Positions 59,201 through 64,000 of a stretch of DNA of 64,000 nucleotides are shown here, piece after piece. Made by a program: the position numbers and the translations under genes. Numbering within the stretch: position 1 is the first letter of the stretch; the number at the start of each line of letters is the position of its first letter. The stretch comes from Orbicella franksi (lineage: Eukaryota), in the NCBI GenBank assembly GCA_964199315.1, contig OZ116700.1:23374001-23438000 (forward strand), given 5' to 3'. Under the pieces are notes generated by a model, which ran no database searches, was not told the DNA's origin, and saw nothing but the letters and a program-made list of their open reading frames with translations.

Positions 59201-61135
59201 CAGTCCTTTTTTTGGCTAACTACAGTACAATGGGTTTTGGGTTAAGAGCACTTCAAGCCGAATTTAAAGGTGTTGTAAACTAGTAACTGGCTTTATGAAC
59301 AAAATGACCAACAACAACAACAACAACCATTTCATTTTGCATAATACAGGGAATATCATTCAGCAAAAGAATACATTAAACTTAAATAAGCAAAAAAACT
59401 ACTCAAAATAGTAAAAACTAAACGAGCTGAGTAGTTACAAGAATTATTACGCTTTAAATCGGTTGTAGAAAGAGAGAAAAATATATATAGATATAAATAT
59501 AAAAAGACATGTAAGTAGTAACAGTACCAGTTAAAGACAGAGCATTGTTGAATTAAGAGCGTTAGTAACTTAAAGAAAAAATACTAAGCTAGCATTAAGC
59601 ATAAGAACTTACAAACTGCTTGGTCAAGGTTTGTTTAAATAAACGCGGAGATAAACTTTTTGTCTCTTCATCCAAATTGTTTCAGATAGAAGGACCAGAT
59701 AAATGTAGATTGAATTTACCATAATTAGTTCTAACCTGGTCGATACAATATGTTGACCACCATGTGTACAGCAATACTTGGGCATTATTTTGATACCATT
59801 GTTGCAGCATCAGCTTACAAATGATGTTAGTATAATAGCTGAAAAGTGCTAGAGACCATTTCTGGCAGTTCATAGTCTGATGTTTGTTTGAGTTTCATTC
59901 AGGTATCATATGGTGAAATGATTGGCTGTGATAACACAGAGGTAAGCATGTAATGATATCAATGTACTCCCTATTGTCATTCACCAGGACCTAATTTCCA
60001 GGCTGGAAATCTTTCTGGTTTGGCCTTTGCACAAGACACTTTGTACAACTTTCTGTCTGTCATGTGAGGGATGAACATACTGAAGTGCTCTTATTGTTTG
60101 CAGACAGACATACTGAAGTTGTACATTATGTCATAATTTTGCTACATTTGTTGGAAACAATTTCGTGTGTGACTATTTTGGCGCTGAATTTAATGACATT
60201 AACTTGCTGTTTCACTTTTAGTGTCCTATTGAATGGTTTCACTTCCCATGTGTTGGACTGACATCAAAGCCAAAGGGAAAATGGTTAGTTCAGATTTTCT
60301 TTTGTTGTTGAAGAACTACTTGGGAGGTAATGTCTTTAAGTGGTAGCTTTTTTGAATACCTGACTGAACCTTTAGTTTTCAGAGTAGACTAAAATACATG
60401 TAGAACACACAATTCTTATTCCTGATCTTGTGCGCAAAGACGTTATTTTGCCTAGTGGATCTTGACACCCAAAGTGTTTTTTTTTCTTTACCTTTTACGG
60501 CAAGCGTGATCACAGTGTAATTCAGACAGTCAACTTACATACATCGTTTTTACTGAATCCTTTGAATCAAGTGTAGGCCAGCTGTTTTCTTAAAGGAGAC
60601 AAATTATATTGCTCAGAACACCTTTAGTATCAACTGTGACTTCAATTAAAAATGTTTCTTATGCATTATGGGATGTGTGGGTCAGTACTGCGTGATCACA
60701 CGCAGATAAACTTACCACATGATTCTTTGCCAAGCTACTTAAGTCTGGCATTGTGGCAAATTGCCAATAATATTGACAGTCTACCGAAAAGTGTGCATTT
60801 ATAGCATTCTTAATTAAACAAATAGACTGTCTACCAGACTGTCTGCTTTCTCTGAAATATGAGTAACAGTGAGAGGTGGGAAGTGCCGTCAGGTACTCTC
60901 GCGTCAGTCGTTCGTGCATTCACCCTAAAATAAAAGGAAGAATAATTTGTTATATTTAATGTGGGAAGTATTCAAGGTAGGATGTACATTTGTTGGTCAC
61001 AAACATACACGTACTCGGCACAGAGGTACATTGTCGCAGAACTGATCAAAATAAATAAAATAATGAGAAATTTGATCTTTTAACGTTCCTTGCAGGTACT
61101 GTCCAAAATGTGCTCAAGAGAGAAAGAAAAAGTAA
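44473..61135 (+). CDS. ING4: Inhibitor of growth protein, ING4/ING5 subfamily (N-terminal ING helical domain, basic NLS linker, C-terminal PHD finger), 10 exons
   Basis: Exons 44473-44509, 46972-47043, 49616-49782, 54789-54888, 55695-55730, 57149-57218, 58543-58660, 59903-59941, 60222-60283 and 61096-61135, all GT-AG and in frame. Product: [36 protein letters not shown]...[29 protein letters not shown]...[62 protein letters not shown]. It may be co-orthologous to vertebrate ING4 and ING5. Confidence 0.95.
45799..46112 (+). mobile_element. tRNA-derived retroelement with 65-bp terminal direct repeats and an internal tRNA-like core
   Basis: tRNA-like 45921-45993 (A-box TAGCTCAGTTGG, B-box GGTTTAAATCC). 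Direct repeats at 45799-45863 and 46048-46112. A TAAGCTAATATT duplication lies at 45769-45780 and 46114-46125. Confidence 0.75.
46652..46718. repeat. Compound microsatellite (TAC)n(TGC)n(TGATAC)n
   Basis: Read directly from the sequence. Confidence 0.9.
47181..47450 (-). mobile_element. (TAGA)n microsatellite forming the tail of a minus-strand LINE-like 3' end
   Basis: About 11 TAGA units at 47181-47223, immediately after minus-strand AATAAAGG. The LINE assignment is inferred from the tail structure. Confidence 0.5.
50136..51392. mobile_element. Kolobok-like element containing a nested MITE
   Basis: TTAA-GGACGTT...AACGTCC-TTAA. Confidence 0.7.
50208..50809. mobile_element. Nested TA-TSD MITE (Tc1/mariner-type)
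   Basis: TA-CGTTATTACATGAAATTTTCACGACA...TGTCGTGAAGATTTCATGTAATAAGG-TA, with subterminal CGCGAAATTAA repeats. Confidence 0.8.
51404..52684 (+). mobile_element. hAT-like internally deleted element retaining a transposase-like N-terminal ORF (51784-52116)
   Basis: TIR CAGTGCTGTCATTAAG...CTTAATGACAGCCCTG. The 8-bp flanks only partly match (AGTGTTTG / AGTTTAGT). The ORF starts [18 protein letters not shown]. Confidence 0.6.
55203..55234 (-). ncRNA. Minimal hammerhead ribozyme core, mirror copy
   Basis: Reverse complement reads CUGAAGA-A-GGC-AACAGUAGUG-GCC-GAAA-UGUC (C15.2 changed to U). Confidence 0.6.
55309..55340 (+). ncRNA. Minimal hammerhead ribozyme core (Penelope type)
   Basis: CUGAAGA-A-GGC-AACAGUAGUG-GCC-GAAA-CGUC. 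Confidence 0.7.
55968..56170. repeat. Degenerate minisatellite with a TAGCTTTCACTC(C) core, about 7 copies; further copy near 56590
   Basis: The core recurs at 27-40 bp spacing. Confidence 0.75.
56254..56380 (-). pseudogene. Degenerate RecQ-like SF2 helicase N-terminal fragment (Q motif + Walker A)
   Basis: [30 protein letters not shown] has RecQ spacing (Q-x9-G-x-D-x7-GxG[K>R]). An adjacent frame then reads HALP, compare RecQ YQ[AL]PA. Confidence 0.55.
58695..59440. repeat. ~135-bp inverted repeat pair (tail-to-tail AATAAA-(GTT)n retroelement-like ends) around a ~480-bp spacer
   Basis: 58695-58830 matches the reverse complement of 59310-59440 with a few substitutions, and both arms share the same outer endpoint TTGTAACTACTCAGCTCG. 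Confidence 0.85.
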
Positions 61136-64000
61136 TTCAATATGACAGACACTTTGTACATGTTACATGTAGAAGTGGACAGTACAAGACCGCTGTACAT
61201 CTTGCATTCCCAACACAAAAACACAAACTCTGTTTGTGTATGGCACGCAATGGGTGAACCTTTATCAGATTGTTAATAATCCGGAGAATCGTTCTATTTA
61301 CACCTGAGACTTAAGTCAACGATCATTCATTGTGCCAGAGGCTTATAACTCCGGATTGAAATGAATTATGTATACATGTATATTCTTCTTAAATAGGACA
61401 TCCAAAGGTGAACCAACCGTTCAATTCCTGTCCGTTACTCTTTTACCTGTTTTAAGAGCATTTTATCGCTGCGAGAACTCTCTAATCCAGCATGCAGATA
61501 TTACCCTATTTTTATAGAGCGCTTGTAATATTGACATTTGTTAAATCCGTTTAGCTTTCAGTATAACCAACTCATCAAAAAATGCCTGCTATGAATATTA
61601 ACACTAATCGTTAACTGTAGAGATTAAATGTAGCTCGCCAAATGCGTCAATTTAGATGTAATTTGAATAGAAATGAAAGCGACTCAGGACGAGACTGGTA
61701 CGAATAAACGCGATGTAATGTACGAAAGAAACTGGCAGAGATACTTAATTTGAATATGGCACAAAACGTTTCTACGTTTGTTTTCAATGAAGTCCGTTTA
61801 GATTTACTTCATCGAAGTGGAGTTAATGTCGTGAGAAAGATTGTTGGGTTAAACTATTGTCTTTAATTTAGTTCCCTAAATTTTTTTTTGTTTGAAGAAA
61901 ATTTTAAATCCTTACGCAATGTAGTGATTGTCAACCTAGTTATGTAATATAGTGATCAGTAATACGCTAGCGGTAATGTACTTTTTTAACACTAGGTTGA
62001 TGAATTGGAAGTTTGCTGGTTAGAGGAACCTTGTTTCCATCATGTAATAACTACTCGCTCTTTATAACGCAGCAGTGACATCGCTTTTTAATGTATAAAA
62101 TTGTCCTCTTCCCAACAGTGGAGGGCTCTGTAAATAGTTATTGACTAAAATGAATAAAACTACTGACTCAAAACCTGCTTTGTGTTCATGTAACTCAGCA
62201 GTAACTGAAGTAATTCGAACCTACATTGCAAAAAAGTTCGAACGATTTAAATTTCGAACAAAAAAGGGTCCGAAGATAAAACAGTCCGAAATTTTTAAGC
62301 GTCATAAATATTTTCAGTGTAGTAGAAAACTTTTTAGGTACGTACTTTGTTGGGTGATGCCATCACATGTATTCAAGACCAATCACCATGATAGATATTG
62401 AACCCAGATTAGGCTTTACTCGCTCTCTTTTATCACAGGAAAGGAAACTTTTTGTGCTTTTATGAAGAACATAATGAGGATAAATTCCACTTGCAATGCA
62501 TGATTATATAAGCCCGGTTTCAAGATTATTGTATTACCAGTGGTGCTAGTCGTTTCCGCCTCATCGTCAATCATCACAATGGAAAAGTCCTCTTCAGTAT
62601 CTCTAATCTCCTTTGTAGAGTAAAATGTAGTTGAGAACTGACTGATTAACATACGCAATGGCTTGATAGGATTTGTTATTTTCTTGTCGGCTGGGGTATC
62701 GATAAAACCTTGAGGGTACAGTAAAACTCATTTGTTTCAGTCTAATTCGGCGAAAATTAAATCTGTAATAATCTGTAATTTAGGCAAAAATAAAATCTGT
62801 CTATGTTTCAGCCAAGTGCTCGAAATTTTTGTCCGAAAATTGTCCGAAATGAGATTAAAAGAGTTTTTGGTTTTCTTATTAAAGTGTTTGTAAATCTTAT
62901 AAGAATAGATCTTAAGAGATCCATCCCTTCCCCTCGGCATATCATAAATGAATGATCCCTTGACAGAAAACGACAGAAAAATATCAGCAGGGATCCTAAT
63001 ATGATTATAGAGGCATAATAGGCATAATATCTGCATGACTAGCTTACGTGATTTAGGCCAAAGTGACAGCTCCTCACAAAAAGACGTGAAAGAAAAAACT
63101 ACGAAGACCTCACTGTCATCGAACACTAAAGGCATGCAAAACTTAGTCCATGAAGACGAACAAGGACCCCCAGACTGTTCACAGATGTCGCATCTAAAAA
63201 TGTTCCCAAATAATCGGAAATGTCTGGAGGGTGGGTTTTATTATCATGGAACTATTTTTGATAAAAACTACAATATATAAACGAGACGTGCCTTATAGAC
63301 AACAGCAGGAAGTAGCTTTCGATACTTTATGGTCGAGAAGATTCGATAGGTTTTAATAGAAACGAATTAATCGTGATCATTGCCTGCATTTAGAGTGCTG
63401 AGAAATATTGCAATATATTTCTTTAGTAAATATGCAGAGAATTAAAATTTTTTAGTCGCTCAAATTTTCAGAAATTGAGTGTTGGTCGGTGAAATGATTG
63501 TTGATTAAATTGAGAGATTCCAGATCAGCTTACCAGTAAAAGTGCTGACAAAACATCTTTTTTCCTTGAACTTTCAGCTCTTATTCAACAATAATACTCC
63601 ACTCATAGTGTGATGGAAACATAATATTTTGCTTACCATGGCAACCAATTGGACTGTCGTTTAGTTGTGACGTCAGATTACGTAATTCGTAAAACTGCCG
63701 AAGGACGCAGATATAACATGCGGAATATGGCCAAAGGCAAATATAATCCATGAAGCAGACTACTTTACGTCTGCAACTAAATTTGTCTCTAAATCATTTT
63801 AAAGCGAGAAGGACAACAGTCTAATTATATTCAAAATATTTCAGAAATGACGCCTTGAAATGTCTCGGAACATACCACGACGTGAGCTGGTCAGATATAT
63901 CCGCCCTCGAAGATTAAGCCGCTTTTTATTTGTGCCAAGATCACTCCAGGGTAAATATACCAAGGATTAATAGCAAAGGAATGGCAACTGGCATCACTCC

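Noticed and set aside
62141-63280. Several 80-130 aa ORFs near the window end
   Set aside because: No recognisable domains or consistent exon chain. The region contains CGAAA-rich repeat-like sequence.

Overview
AT-rich, intron-rich animal DNA. The repeat landscape and gene style suggest a cnidarian, probably a stony coral (inference). There are no prokaryotic features. I reconstructed three spliced genes by hand: (1) a kazrin-like coiled-coil + 3xSAM gene (+, 134-20081, 9 exons, ~814 aa, with one probable GC-AG intron); (2) an unnamed 3-exon gene (-, 35162-27256, 288 aa) carrying a YAP/FAM181-type TEAD-binding omega-loop (PMRMRALPQSFWQEP), a YAP-like LxxLFxxV helix placed after rather than before the loop, and an AT-hook-like RRGRPRR built across a splice junction; (3) an ING4/ING5 PHD-finger gene (+, 44473-61135, 10 exons). 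Introns and intergenic DNA hold many non-autonomous DNA transposons (Kolobok-, piggyBac-, Harbinger-, Tc1/pogo- and hAT-like, several nested), LINE 3' tails and tRNA-derived elements. Two Penelope-type structures carry hammerhead-ribozyme cores: a 5'-truncated element with an inverted pseudo-LTR (U3-A8 variant core) and a 262-bp loopless palindrome with a canonical core in each arm and a 12-bp target-site duplication. The most notable candidates are the permuted TEAD-binder/AT-hook protein and the fold-back hammerhead insertions. All coordinates and alignments were done by eye, without database searches. TE superfamily labels rest only on terminal and TSD signatures.
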